From positions 4,098 to 68,097 of the forward strand of contig JBCBRU010000001.1 in assembly GCA_039819565.1 (NCBI GenBank): a DNA stretch of 64,000 nt, in the 5' to 3' direction. The notes beneath the pieces were generated by a model. The model was not told the origin of the DNA. It made no database searches and was given only the letters and a program-made list of their open reading frames with translations. Every line of letters begins with the position of its first letter. Positions within the stretch are counted from its first letter, which is position 1. The stretch comes from Myxococcota bacterium. GTDB lineage: Bacteria > Myxococcota > Kuafuiibacteriia > Kuafuiibacteriales > Kuafuiibacteriaceae. A program made the translations under genes and the position numbers. Positions 34,733 to 45,103 of the stretch are shown here, in pieces.

Positions 34733-37168
34733 TCAGCCGTCGCGGAGTTCTGCACGGAGGTCCCGACGAAGCGCCTCCACGATCGCAGCCTGGCTGGATT
34801 CGACGTCGCCGTCCGCCAGCGTTCGGTCGGCGGCGCGGAAGGTGAGCTCAACCGCCAGCGACTTCTTGCCCGCCGGAACGCCCTTCCCTTCGTAGACATC
34901 GAAGATGCGTAGCCCTTCGAGCTCGGGGGGAGCCGCGCTCCGGATGCTCGCTTCGACCGCGGCCGCTTCGATCTCCGTGTCGACGAAGAAGCTGAGATCT
35001 CGCTGAGCCGGGGGGAGCTTGGGAAGTGCTCGATGGCGAGGCTCCGGGCCTCGAGCTGCCGCCCAGCGGTCCAGGTCGATCTCGACGACGAAAACCGGGG
35101 CGCCCTCGAGGCCAAAGCGATCCGCGACATCCGGGTGAAGCTCACCGTAGTAACCGAGCTCTTGTTCGCCGGAAGCCACCGCTGTGGAAGATCGGGGGTG
35201 GAGCCACGTTCGCTCGGCACGACGGTGGTATACGTCACGGACTCGAAACACATCCTGCAGTCCCTCGAGGACGCCTTTGAGGTCATAGACGTCGACGAGG
35301 GTGTCGTCACTGGCCCAGCTTCGAACCGACCGACGCCCCCGAAGCACGAGAGCGAGGCGGTTGACCTCCACCGGGAGCGTGTCGTCGTCGCCCCAAGCGA
35401 AGGTTCGCCCGAGCTCGAACATTCGTAGGTCCGCAATGCTCGGGAGTTGGTCCTGGTTGTGCCGGGCGGATTGCAGCAAGGCAGGCACCAGCGAGGGCCG
35501 CATGACCCGGCTCTCCTCGCCTAGGGGATTGGCAATACGAACCCAGCGCGAGGCTTCCTCGAACCCCTCAGCTCGAGCCGCCGAGGTGAAGGCTAGGGAG
35601 ATGGTCTCGAGAAAACCCATGCCCACGAGCACATCGCGGGCTTCCGCCTCGGGGTCTCGTTCCGGTGGGTGGGTCCACGGCGCCCCCGCGGCCGCCGGCA
35701 AGGCGCCCTCCAGCCCATCATATCCCCCCAGACGACCCACTTCCTCGATGAGATCGGCCTCGATCCCGAGGTCGGGGCGCCAAGAGGGAGCCTCGAACCA
35801 CGTCGCTCCCGCCGGTTGCTTGCGCTTCAGCTTCAGCGTCTTGAGCCCAAGACGCGTCAATCCATCTTTCGCCTCAGCGAGCGTCACCTTCCGCCCGAGG
35901 AGCATGGACGCGCGCTCCGCGCGGAACGGGATGGGATCTCGGGCACGCATTTCGCCCTCGGCCACAACCTGACCTGGATGGACCGTCCCCCCTGCCCACT
36001 CCGCGATGAACGCGGCACAGCGATCGAGCGCAATCTCGACGCGCCCCGGATCCGCACCGCGCTCGAATCGGTGGGAGGCTTCGGTATGCATGCCGTGCCG
36101 CTTAGCGGTCTTCCTGACCGAGGTAGGATCGAACCACGCGGACTCGAGGAGAACGCGAGTGGTGGCGCTTCGGCCCTCCGTCTCCCCCGTCACCTCGCTC
36201 TCGAAGCCGCCCATGATGCCCGCCAAAGCCACCGGCACCTCGGCGTCGGCGATCACCAAGTCCTCGCCCACGAGCTGCTTTTCGGTCCCGTCGAGGAGGC
36301 GAATTTTTTCGCCCTCTGCGGCCCGGCGTACTCGGATCTCATGCCCCCCCAAAGCGTCGAGATCGAAGGCGTGCAGAGGGTGACCCTGTTCGAGCAGAAC
36401 GAGGTTCGTGGCGTCGACCACATTCGAGATCGGGCGCTGTCCCAGAGCGCGCAGGCGATCCTGCACCCAACGAGGCGAAGGCCCGATCGTCACTCCCGTG
36501 ATCACCCGGGCGGCGTACTTCGAGCAGCGCTCAGGGTCGTCGATGTGGACCGACGCGAGATCGGTCGCCGGCCCGCCTTCTTCCCGGAGCGAGATCTCAA
36601 TCTCGGGGGACGCTAGCCCCTCCAAGGCGGCCAAATCCCGCGCTACACCGAGATGAGAGAGCGCATCGGGACGGTTGGGAGTGATGCCGAGCTCCAGGAC
36701 GACATCCTCGTAACCGATCGCCTCCGACAGGGGACGACCGAGGGGCGCAGTCGGGGAAAGAACCAGGATGCCCTCGTGGTCTTCGGAGAGCCCGAGCTCA
36801 TCCTCGGCGCAGAGCATGCCCTCGCTCGCCACCCCTCGGATCTTGCGCGGCTCCATCGTCATCCCGTTGGGGAGCGTCGTTCCGAGCGTGGCCAGGGCCA
36901 CCCTCTGCCCTTCTTCGACGTTGGGCGCGCCGCACACCACGGTCTGCTCGCGCGCGCCGTCGGACACGGTCGCGAGCCGAAGCTTGTCCGCCTTCGGATG
37001 GGGTTCCACGCGGACGACCTCGGCCACGACCACTCCACGCAGAGCGTCGGCGAGCCGGTTCTCACCCTCGACCTCGAGACCGAGTCCGGTGAGACGCGCG
37101 GAGATGACCTCGACCGGGGCGTCGAGCCCCGGGAGAAGAGAGCGAAGCCAATCAACACTGACGAGCAT
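34733..37168 (-). CDS. pheT: phenylalanine--tRNA ligase beta subunit
   Basis: 811 aa. N-terminal tRNA-binding domain (MLVSVDWL...HPKADKLRL), B3/4 and B5 regions, C-terminal FDX-ACB (KKSLAVELTFRA). Directly downstream of pheS. Confidence 0.97.
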   Translation of the reverse strand: MLVSVDWLRSLLPGLDAPVEVISARLTGLGLEVEGENRLADALRGVVVAEVVRVEPHPKADKLRLATVSDGAREQTVVCGAPNVEEGQRVALATLGTTLPNGMTMEPRKIRGVASEGMLCAEDELGLSEDHEGILVLSPTAPLGRPLSEAIGYEDVVLELGITPNRPDALSHLGVARDLAALEGLASPEIEISLREEGGPATDLASVHIDDPERCSKYAARVITGVTIGPSPRWVQDRLRALGQRPISNVVDATNLVLLEQGHPLHAFDLDALGGHEIRVRRAAEGEKIRLLDGTEKQLVGEDLVIADAEVPVALAGIMGGFESEVTGETEGRSATTRVLLESAWFDPTSVRKTAKRHGMHTEASHRFERGADPGRVEIALDRCAAFIAEWAGGTVHPGQVVAEGEMRARDPIPFRAERASMLLGRKVTLAEAKDGLTRLGLKTLKLKRKQPAGATWFEAPSWRPDLGIEADLIEEVGRLGGYDGLEGALPAAAGAPWTHPPERDPEAEARDVLVGMGFLETISLAFTSAARAEGFEEASRWVRIANPLGEESRVMRPSLVPALLQSARHNQDQLPSIADLRMFELGRTFAWGDDDTLPVEVNRLALVLRGRRSVRSWASDDTLVDVYDLKGVLEGLQDVFRVRDVYHRRAERTWLHPRSSTAVASGEQELGYYGELHPDVADRFGLEGAPVFVVEIDLDRWAAARGPEPRHRALPKLPPAQRDLSFFVDTEIEAAAVEASIRSAAPPELEGLRIFDVYEGKGVPAGKKSLAVELTFRAADRTLADGDVESSQAAIVEALRRDLRAELRDG

Positions 37169-37177
37169 AGGTTCCTC

Positions 37178-38251
37178 TCAGAGCTGCCCGAGGAAGCGAG
37201 CGTCCCCGCGGTATAGATGGGCAATGTCGTCGATCGCGTAGCGAAGCATCGCGAGGCGATCCACCCCGAGACCGAACGCAAATCCGGTGTACTTCTCCGG
37301 GTCGACTCCGCAGGCGGTGAAGACGTTGGGGTGGACCATCCCAGCCCCGAGGACCTCCATCCAGCCGGTCTGCTTGCAGACTCGACATCCATCGCCGTCG
37401 CAGAACACGCACTGGATATCGACCTCGATGCCAGGCTCGACGAACGGGAAGAACGAAGGTCTCAGCCGGAGAGGCCGCTGCCCGAAAAGGGCAGCCACGA
37501 AACTTTCGAGCACCCCCTTGAGATGCGCGAGCGAGATGCCTTCGTCCACCCACAGACCCTCGATCTGGTGGAACATCGGAGAGTGGGTAGCGTCGGCATC
37601 GAACCGATAGACCCGGCCCGGAGAGATCACCCGGATGGGAGCTCCGTGGGCCTCCATGGCTCGGATCTGGACCGGCGAGGTATGCGTCCGGAGCAGTCGG
37701 TCGGTGGGTGCCCCCTCATCCTTTCCGTGAACGAAGAAAGTATCCTGCATGTCACGGGCAGGATGATCGTCCGGGAAGTTGAGCTTCTCGAAGTTGAAGA
37801 GGTCGAGCTCCACCTCGGGACCCCTCGCAACGCTGAAACCCATCCGCGCAAAGATGTCGGAGATCTCCTCGACGAGACGGTTGACGGGATGGACCCTGCC
37901 AAAGGGCATCGCTCGGCGACCGGGGAGGGTCAGATCTTGCCGGCTACGCCGTAGCTCCTCTTCCTTCGCGGCCCGCTCACGCGCTTCCAGGACCTCGTCC
38001 AGAGCCGTTCCCAGAGCTTGCTTGAGCTTGTTCGTGTTGGCACCCGCGTCGCGCCGATCTTCGGGCGGAAGCTTGCCCACGCTGCGAAGGAGGAGGGTCA
38101 GCTCACCTTTGGGTCCGAGAAAGGACGACCGTAGCGCGATCAAATCATCGACGCCCTCGCTCGAGGTCGCCTCGCCGAGCGCCGCGCGAAAGCGGGCTTC
38201 GACGTCGCTGAGCACTTCGGGGGTAGGCCCGGCCATGGCGCCGGACATCAT
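37178..38251 (-). CDS. pheS: phenylalanine--tRNA ligase alpha subunit
   Basis: Class II motifs HPARDMQDTFF, VISPGRVYRFDADATHSPMFHQIEG and GFAFGLGVDRLAMLRY. Confidence 0.97.
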   Translation of the reverse strand: MMSGAMAGPTPEVLSDVEARFRAALGEATSSEGVDDLIALRSSFLGPKGELTLLLRSVGKLPPEDRRDAGANTNKLKQALGTALDEVLEARERAAKEEELRRSRQDLTLPGRRAMPFGRVHPVNRLVEEISDIFARMGFSVARGPEVELDLFNFEKLNFPDDHPARDMQDTFFVHGKDEGAPTDRLLRTHTSPVQIRAMEAHGAPIRVISPGRVYRFDADATHSPMFHQIEGLWVDEGISLAHLKGVLESFVAALFGQRPLRLRPSFFPFVEPGIEVDIQCVFCDGDGCRVCKQTGWMEVLGAGMVHPNVFTACGVDPEKYTGFAFGLGVDRLAMLRYAIDDIAHLYRGDARFLGQL

Positions 38252-38309
38252 CGGAGGCCCCGCGACGAGTCAACCGGAGAGCCCAAGCCTCCCCCGAATG
38301 CCGGAGCTT

Positions 38310-40871
38310 TCACCCCGCCCGAAGGCGCTCGAGCTTCCCCGCGAAACGCCGCTCGAGCTCACTTCGGAGACTCGCGTGGTCGGGGGAGATGAGCTGCGGG
38401 TCGCTCTCGAGCAGAGCCTCCACCGCTCCCCGGGCTTCCTCGAGGAGTTGGCCGTCCGCGACGAGGTCGGCGACGAAGAGATCCGGCAACCCTGATTGTC
38501 GAGTGCCCAAGACTTCCCCCGGGCCGCGAATTTGGAGATCGCGTTCGGCGATCAGGAAGCCGTCTGTGGTCTCGGCCATCACCGAGAGCCGCTCGCTGGC
38601 CTCGGCCCCCGCCCCCTTCCCGGCCACCAAGAGGCATAGACCCGGATGCGTGCCTCGTCCCACCCGTCCCCTGAGCTGGTGAAGCTGTGAGAGCCCGAAA
38701 CGGTCGGCCTCTTCGATGATCATGACGGTCGCGTTCGGGACGTCGACCCCCACCTCAATCACCGTGGTGGCCACCAAAACGCCGACCTCCCCCCGGGCGA
38801 ATCGGCGCATGACCTCGTTCTTCTCGTCCGGGCGCATCTTGCCGTGAAGGAGCTCGACCGGGTGGGCTGAAAAAACCTCCCTCAGCTCCTCGACGGCTTC
38901 GGAGGCTGCTTTGAGCTCCAGCTGGTCTGAAGCCTCGACGAGGGGAAAGACGATGTAGACCTGCCGACCGGCCCGGAGCGCCCGGCGCGCCTCGGCGTGG
39001 ACCTTCCCCGCCTGCCGAGCTGGATACACGCGGGTCTCGGTGGGGGTGCGACCGGGTGGAAGCTCGTCGATCACGGAGAGTCGAAGATCGCCGTAGAGAC
39101 TCAAGGTCAGGGTTCGCGGAATGGGGGTGGCGGTCATCACGAGAACGTCCGGCGGGACGTCCTCGCGCTTGGCGAGGAGACGGGCACGCTGCTCGACCCC
39201 GAAGCGATGCTGCTCGTCGATGATGACCAGCCCGAGTTCCTTGAACTGCACGTCCGGCTCCAGGAGCGCGTGGGTCCCGACCACCAGCGACACATCGCCC
39301 CGACGACAGGCTCGAACGAGCGCGGCTCGGGCCCGCGACGGCGTGGAGCCGGTGAGGAGCGCGGTCTGGAGTCCGAGCTTGGCGAACACATCGTGGGCGC
39401 TCCGAGCGTGTTGTTCGGCGAGGATCTCGGTGGGGGCCAAAAGGCACGACTGCCGACCGGCCGCCTGGGCCACCAAACCGGCCGCGAGGAGCGCTACGGC
39501 GGTCTTGCCGCTCCCCACGTCTCCTTGAACCATTCGGCTCATCGGGACGGCCGCGGCGAGGTCTTCGGCGATCTCGTCGAGAACGCGGCTTTGGGCCCTC
39601 GTGGGTGAAAAAGGGAGAGCGCGCTCGGCGAGCTCCCTCCAGCCCGAGTCCACGTTTTGGGCGAGACCGGGCTGTGCCTCCCGGTCTCCGCGGGCGAGGC
39701 CGAGCGCAAGCTGTAGGTAAAACAGCTCGTCGAACGCGAGCCGTCGACGAAGGGCATGCAAGGCGGCTGCGTCGACGTCCGTAGGAAGATGGGCGGCGTG
39801 TACCGCGGGCGCGAGAGGAGCGAGGTGAAAGGTCTCTCGCCATGACTCGGGCATGGGGTCCCAGACCTTCGCGGCGAGGACCTGGGCCAGGTTCTGGAGG
39901 ATCTTCCGAAGGGTGGTGCTCGGCACCCCCTCGACATCGGGATAGACCGGACGAACGTCTCCCCCGGCCGTCTCATCTTCGCCTCGGACCACTTCCACAT
40001 CGGGGTGCGCCATTTGTTTCTGCGCACCAAAAAAGGTCACGGCCCCGAACAGCCGCACCCGCGTTCCGACCGCGAGCCGGCTCTCCATGTCTTGGCGTCG
40101 AAAACGAAAGAAGCGACAGCTGAGAACCCCCGTGCCGTCCCGAACTGCCACCTCCCACATTCGCTTTCGACCCGCGCGGAGGGCGCTCGCCGCCACCACC
40201 CCCTGCACATGGGCCCGATCACCCGGACGCAGGTCGGCGATCGACGTCAGCTGACTCCGGTCCTCGTAGCGCATCGGAAGGTGAAAGAGCGCGTCCTGCA
40301 CCGTCTCGATGCCCTTCGCGGCGAGCCGCTCTGCGGTCTTGGGTCCCACCCCCACCAGCTTCGCGAGCGAAGTGGCGGGCTCCGCCTCGTGCATCGGCTG
40401 ACGCTTCCCCGACGTCGAAGGCGTCACCTTGGGGGCCGCCCGAAACAAGCTACGGGCCACCGGGAGGGGGCGCTTCGGGTTTGGGCCCGCCTCGTCGGGC
40501 GCGGGGGGGGTTGGGCTCACGTCCGCGGGAGGGGGCCGCGAGGGGGGAGGCGCGGAGGGCCGCGGTTTTTCCCGGGGCCCCCGAGTGCCATCCGAGGGGG
40601 TCTCCAGGGTCGGCTCCGCCCCCCCCTCCGCGATGCGGATCATTGCGGTCACGCGGGCCCGCTTCTCGCCGCGGTCCAGGTCGTCCAGTCCCGCCAGGAG
40701 CGCCCTGAGGTCGATCAAGATCTGAGGTGGGCAGCCTTCGCCGTCCGCTCTGGCTAGCAAACGTCCGAGGGTGCCCTCGAGGTCCTTGAGAACCCCAAGA
40801 TTGGCGAAATCGTTCCGGGCTGCGAAGCGCAGAGGACGGAGGAAGGGATCGAGAGCGGGCGACGTCGCCAT
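38310..40871 (-). CDS. recG: ATP-dependent DNA helicase RecG (with ~170-aa N-terminal extension)
   Basis: HhH LVGVGPKTAERLAAKGIETVQDALFHLPMRYEDRS, wedge domain, Walker A GDVGSGKTAVALLA, DEQHRFG, QLHQLRGRVGRG. Confidence 0.93.
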   Translation of the reverse strand: MATSPALDPFLRPLRFAARNDFANLGVLKDLEGTLGRLLARADGEGCPPQILIDLRALLAGLDDLDRGEKRARVTAMIRIAEGGAEPTLETPSDGTRGPREKPRPSAPPPSRPPPADVSPTPPAPDEAGPNPKRPLPVARSLFRAAPKVTPSTSGKRQPMHEAEPATSLAKLVGVGPKTAERLAAKGIETVQDALFHLPMRYEDRSQLTSIADLRPGDRAHVQGVVAASALRAGRKRMWEVAVRDGTGVLSCRFFRFRRQDMESRLAVGTRVRLFGAVTFFGAQKQMAHPDVEVVRGEDETAGGDVRPVYPDVEGVPSTTLRKILQNLAQVLAAKVWDPMPESWRETFHLAPLAPAVHAAHLPTDVDAAALHALRRRLAFDELFYLQLALGLARGDREAQPGLAQNVDSGWRELAERALPFSPTRAQSRVLDEIAEDLAAAVPMSRMVQGDVGSGKTAVALLAAGLVAQAAGRQSCLLAPTEILAEQHARSAHDVFAKLGLQTALLTGSTPSRARAALVRACRRGDVSLVVGTHALLEPDVQFKELGLVIIDEQHRFGVEQRARLLAKREDVPPDVLVMTATPIPRTLTLSLYGDLRLSVIDELPPGRTPTETRVYPARQAGKVHAEARRALRAGRQVYIVFPLVEASDQLELKAASEAVEELREVFSAHPVELLHGKMRPDEKNEVMRRFARGEVGVLVATTVIEVGVDVPNATVMIIEEADRFGLSQLHQLRGRVGRGTHPGLCLLVAGKGAGAEASERLSVMAETTDGFLIAERDLQIRGPGEVLGTRQSGLPDLFVADLVADGQLLEEARGAVEALLESDPQLISPDHASLRSELERRFAGKLERLRAG

Positions 40872-40883
40872 GACCGGGGACGG

Positions 40884-41363
40884 TCAGACGTACTCGACTT
40901 TGACGATTTCGTAGACCCGATCCCCAGACTTGGGTCGACGCAGCGTCACCTCATCCCCCTCGTGCTTGCCGAGGCAAACGCGGGCCAAGGGGGCGTTGAT
41001 GGAGATGCGCTTGGCTTTCACGTCGGCCTCGTCGTGGCCCACGATCTGGTAAACGGTCTCGTCGTCGGACTCCAAGTCGAGCAGGGTCACGGTCGCCCCG
41101 AACATCACCCGATCGCCCGAAAGGCTCGAGGGGTCGATGACCTCCGCCAGGGCCAGCTTTGAGTCGATCTCTTGGATACGCCCCTCGATGAAGGACTGCT
41201 TTTCACGAGCCGCGTGGTACTCCGCGTTCTCGGACAGATCGCCGTGAGCGCGGGCCTCCTCGATCTCCTTGGAGGTCTTGGGTCGCTCGACGGTCTTCAG
41301 GCGCTTCAGCTCTTCCTTGAGGGATTCGTACCCTGCCGGGGTCATCGGTTCACGATCGGCCAT
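40884..41363 (-). CDS. greA: transcription elongation factor GreA
   Basis: ATG 41363 gives [23 protein letters not shown]...[22 protein letters not shown] and the C-terminal FKBP-like domain. 159 aa, typical for GreA. Confidence 0.93.
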   Translation of the reverse strand: MADREPMTPAGYESLKEELKRLKTVERPKTSKEIEEARAHGDLSENAEYHAAREKQSFIEGRIQEIDSKLALAEVIDPSSLSGDRVMFGATVTLLDLESDDETVYQIVGHDEADVKAKRISINAPLARVCLGKHEGDEVTLRRPKSGDRVYEIVKVEYV

Positions 41364-41493
41364 GGCTTTGGTGATGCTCGCCGCGGCGAGACCTCGAAAT
41401 GAAGCTCGGACCTGACAGCAGGTCAAGCCACTCTCGAGGCTTCCGGCGCATGAAGTCGGATTTCGAGCGCTCTTGGCGCTCTTCGCACAACGC

Positions 41494-43593
41494 TCAGAGA
41501 AGGGGGGCGATGACCAGAGCCACCACCGACATCAGCTTCACGAGGATGTTGAGGGACGGGCCCGCAGTGTCCTTGAAGGGGTCACCTACCGTGTCCCCAG
41601 TGACGGCGGCAGCGTGCTTCTCCGAGCCTTTGCCGGTGTTGGCCTCGAGGTCCTTCGGCTCCTCTTCGACCTGCTTCTTGGCGTTGTCCCAGGCGCCGCC
41701 CGCGTTCGACATGAAGATGGCCATGGCCACACCCGAGACGGTCACCCCCGCCAGCATCCCGGCGAGAGCGTTCTTGTCTGCGAAGCCGACGATCACGGGA
41801 AGGACGACGGCCATGAGCCCGGGGGCGATCATCATCCGCAAGGCCGCGGCGGTAGAGATATCAACGCACTTGGCGTACTCGGCGCGCGCCGTGCCCTCCA
41901 TGAGACCGGGAATCTCGCGGAACTGACGGCGAACCTCCACGATCATCTCGTTCGCCGCGGCCCCCACCGCGCGCATCGCCATCGAGGAGAAGAGGAAGGG
42001 AAGCATGGCGCCAAAGAAGAGGCCGGACATCACCACCGGGTTGGTCAGGTCGATGCTGGTGATGCCCGCCTGGGATCGGAAGGCGGAGAACAGGGCCAAG
42101 GCCGTCAGGGCCGCGGAGGCGATGGCAAAGCCCTTTCCGATGGCGGCCGTGGTGTTCCCGACCGCATCGAGGTTGTCGGTCCGCTCGCGAACCTCCGGGG
42201 GAAGACCGCTCATCTCCGCGATGCCGCCCGCGTTGTCCGCGATCGGGCCGTAGGCGTCCACGGCGAGCTGGATGCCGGTGGTCGAGAGCATCCCGAGCGC
42301 GGCCATGGCGATGCCGTAGAGGCCGGCGGCGTAGTAGGCACCGACGGTCGCGGCCGCGATCAGGGTGATGGGGGCTGCCGTGGACTGCATACCCACGGCC
42401 AGTCCCGAGATGATGTTCGTCGCGGGGCCGGTCACCGAGTCGTTCACGATGTTGTTCACCGGAGGCCGGTGCTTTGCGCAGTAGTACTCAGTGATCACGC
42501 CGACGAGGACGCCCGAAACGAGACCGGCCAGAGTTGCCTGGAAGACCTGCATGGCCCCCACCTCCGTGCCGTCGGCCAAGACCAATGGCTCCGGGAGGAC
42601 GTACTGAGCGAGCGGATACGTGACCGCGAGCATCACGCCGGCGGAAACGAAGGTGCCGGCGTTGAGGGCGGACTGAGGGTTCCCGCCTTCTTTGGTTCGG
42701 ACCAGAAAGGTCCCAAAGATAGAAATGATGATGCCCGTTCCGGCGATGGCGAGCGGCAAGAGCACCCCGCGCAGAGCGCCCGACTGGGCCGCGGCGGCGA
42801 TCACCATCGCGCCAATGATGGCCCCGACGTACGATTCGAAGAGGTCTGCGCCCATGCCCGCGACGTCACCGACGTTGTCGCCGACGTTGTCCGCGATGGT
42901 GGCGGGGTTTCGGGGGTCGTCCTCCGGGATGCCCTGCTCGACCTTACCCACCAGGTCAGCGCCCACGTCGGCGGCCTTGGTGTAGATCCCCCCGCCTACG
43001 CGGGCGAAGAGCGCGATCGACGAGGCGCCCAGGGAGAAGCCCGAGAGCACCGCCAGAGCCTTGCTCAGGCCCCCGGGGACCTCGAGGCTCTCGAGACCGA
43101 GCAGCTCCGGCTGCACATAGTAGAGGAGGAACAGGCCACCGAGCCCGATCATGGCCAGGCCCACCACGGACATCCCCATCACCGCTCCGCCGCGAAACGC
43201 GATGTTCAGCGCGGGAGCGAGCCCTTCGCGCGCCGCCGCAGTGGTGCGAACGTTGGCGGCGGTAGCGATGCGCATGCCGAAGTAGCCGGCGAGGCCGGAG
43301 CAGACCGCACCGACGACAAAAGATACTCCGACGAGGGACGAGGACTGAGGGTTGTTGGCGTTGGCCAAAAACAGCAGGCCCGCCACGACCACGACGAACA
43401 TCGCGAGGATCCGGTACTCGCGCGACAGGAAGGCCATCGCGCCCTCTGCAATCGCCTGACCGATCTCCTTCATGCGGTCGGTGCCCTCGTCCTGGTTGCG
43501 GATCCAGTTGGAGGACATGAAGGCGTAGAGCAGGGCCAAAATGCCGGCCACCGGAGCCAGGTTGGCCAGGAGATACAGATCCTCAGGCTTCAT
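41494..43593 (-). CDS. hppA: membrane-bound proton/sodium-translocating pyrophosphatase
   Basis: 699 aa, polytopic. [41 protein letters not shown] and GGAWDNAKK motifs. Confidence 0.95.
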   Translation of the reverse strand: MKPEDLYLLANLAPVAGILALLYAFMSSNWIRNQDEGTDRMKEIGQAIAEGAMAFLSREYRILAMFVVVVAGLLFLANANNPQSSSLVGVSFVVGAVCSGLAGYFGMRIATAANVRTTAAAREGLAPALNIAFRGGAVMGMSVVGLAMIGLGGLFLLYYVQPELLGLESLEVPGGLSKALAVLSGFSLGASSIALFARVGGGIYTKAADVGADLVGKVEQGIPEDDPRNPATIADNVGDNVGDVAGMGADLFESYVGAIIGAMVIAAAAQSGALRGVLLPLAIAGTGIIISIFGTFLVRTKEGGNPQSALNAGTFVSAGVMLAVTYPLAQYVLPEPLVLADGTEVGAMQVFQATLAGLVSGVLVGVITEYYCAKHRPPVNNIVNDSVTGPATNIISGLAVGMQSTAAPITLIAAATVGAYYAAGLYGIAMAALGMLSTTGIQLAVDAYGPIADNAGGIAEMSGLPPEVRERTDNLDAVGNTTAAIGKGFAIASAALTALALFSAFRSQAGITSIDLTNPVVMSGLFFGAMLPFLFSSMAMRAVGAAANEMIVEVRRQFREIPGLMEGTARAEYAKCVDISTAAALRMMIAPGLMAVVLPVIVGFADKNALAGMLAGVTVSGVAMAIFMSNAGGAWDNAKKQVEEEPKDLEANTGKGSEKHAAAVTGDTVGDPFKDTAGPSLNILVKLMSVVALVIAPLL

Positions 43594-43672
43594 ATCGGGC
43601 GCGGTATCCGCCGAGTCGGAGCCGACGTCAACCCTCGCGCTGATGGCCGCGTTGCGCTAACCAGGTGGGCCG

Positions 43673-44245
43673 ATGGGGCGACGCGCAGCCGCGATCACTC
43701 TCTTCCTCACGTTCCTGGCCGGGTGCCCCCAAAATCCGATCGAGGGCGCCCGAAGAGCCCTCGAGCGCGGTGACCTCGACGAGGCCGGCGAGACTTTTCT
43801 TCGCGTCGCACGCGCAGACCCCGCCCATCTCGCCGCCTGGGATGGAGCCGTCGAGGTGTGGTGCCGGCGCAAGGTAGCTGTCGCTCGATGCCTAGAGGTC
43901 CTCGACCTCGAGCTCGACTTCCTGGGGTCCATCGCGCGACATCATGACGCGCTGGCTGCGTCGCTCGAATCGCGGGCTCGGGCCCGGCTCGAGAGCGGAC
44001 TGGCTAAGAGTGCCCTCGAGGATCTCGAGCGCGCCGAGGCCGCAGCCCCGGAGCGCGCCTCCATCCACGTCGTTCGAGCGCGGGCTCTCGGCATGCTGGG
44101 GCAATCGGAGGCGGCGAGAGCGGCCTTGGATCGAGCCTTGACGCTCGACCCCCACCACCGCGAAGGGCGGGCTCTGCTCGAAGACCTCTCGGACGAAGGG
44201 GCCTCCGGAGACGAGGCACGGTTCGGCGGAGAGACCTCACCCTAG
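43673..44245 (+). CDS. TPR-repeat lipoprotein
   Basis: Lipobox TLFLTFLAGCPQNP; TPR-like helices (GDLDEAGETFLRVARADP, GQSEAARAALDRALTLDP). Confidence 0.65.
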   Translation: MGRRAAAITLFLTFLAGCPQNPIEGARRALERGDLDEAGETFLRVARADPAHLAAWDGAVEVWCRRKVAVARCLEVLDLELDFLGSIARHHDALAASLESRARARLESGLAKSALEDLERAEAAAPERASIHVVRARALGMLGQSEAARAALDRALTLDPHHREGRALLEDLSDEGASGDEARFGGETSP

Positions 44246-45102
44246 ATGCGACCGGCGGAACGAGGGTGCGTCAGGGAGGCCACCGCCGTGCCCATACGCA
44301 CGCCCGCCCCAGGCTCCGGCCATCCCCGAAGACGGCGTTCGACGAGCAAGATCACGGTCGAGCCGAGTCCGAAAACGCCGATCTCTTCGCCCTTTTCCAC
44401 CTGCACCGGCCGTGGCGGCACATGGCGGGCGATGGCCCGGCGGTGATCGACGTTGGTGCCGAGTTCTGGAGCGTGGGACACATAGATCTTCCCGACGATG
44501 GTGGCTCCGACCATCACCACGTCGACGCCACCAAAGCTCTCTGACTCCAGATGTACGATCACCCGCTCGTTGCGGGCGAAGACCGCATCCACCCGCTCGA
44601 CGGAAGTGCGGTTGACGGGAAATAGATCCCCGGGAATGTGGGTCCATCCTTCGATACGCCCGCTCACCGGGGCGTGAATCCGGTGATAGTCCCGGGGCGA
44701 AAGATAGAAAGTGGCGAAGCTCCGCGGCTCGAATCCCCGCCCCCCTGCCCTCCGCCCTCCGCGGAGGGCCTCCACGGTGTACGTTCTACCCTTGGCCTGG
44801 GGAAGCGTCGACGAGGCTCCCCCGGCCGCATTCAAAGTCCCGTCCACAGGAGCCACGAGGACCTCAGGACGAGGGTCCACGGGGCGGGCTCCAGCCCGCA
44901 GGCGGCGGGTGAACAGGGATTCGACGGTGGGATAGCTGCCGAGAGGAAACTCGGCTTCATCGAGGTCCAGGCGCAGGGCCGCGGCGAAGCGACGAACCGC
45001 CATGCGGGAGCGAAGCTGCGCCCAGCTCCCAACCACTCGGGAGAGCCGACGACGAGGTATGCCGCGCACCGCGGCCATATAGAGCTCCTCCCGGCCCGTC
45101 AT
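44242..45102 (-). CDS. psd: phosphatidylserine decarboxylase proenzyme
   Basis: FYLSPRDYHRIHAP and the self-cleavage motif FGLGSTVILL. Size and order typical of Psd. Confidence 0.9.
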   Translation of the reverse strand: MTGREELYMAAVRGIPRRRLSRVVGSWAQLRSRMAVRRFAAALRLDLDEAEFPLGSYPTVESLFTRRLRAGARPVDPRPEVLVAPVDGTLNAAGGASSTLPQAKGRTYTVEALRGGRRAGGRGFEPRSFATFYLSPRDYHRIHAPVSGRIEGWTHIPGDLFPVNRTSVERVDAVFARNERVIVHLESESFGGVDVVMVGATIVGKIYVSHAPELGTNVDHRRAIARHVPPRPVQVEKGEEIGVFGLGSTVILLVERRLRGWPEPGAGVRMGTAVASLTHPRSAGRI

Positions 45103-45103
45103 C

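Noticed and set aside
38755-39843. 362-aa minus-strand ORF in an alternative frame inside recG
   Set aside because: It lies on the same strand as recG but out of frame, and its product is extremely Arg/Pro/Gly-rich. The recG frame carries all the helicase motifs.
41473-43773. 766-aa plus-strand ORF opposite hppA
   Set aside because: The minus strand encodes an unmistakable H+-pyrophosphatase with all family motifs. The plus-frame product is G/R/H/D-rich with no motifs.
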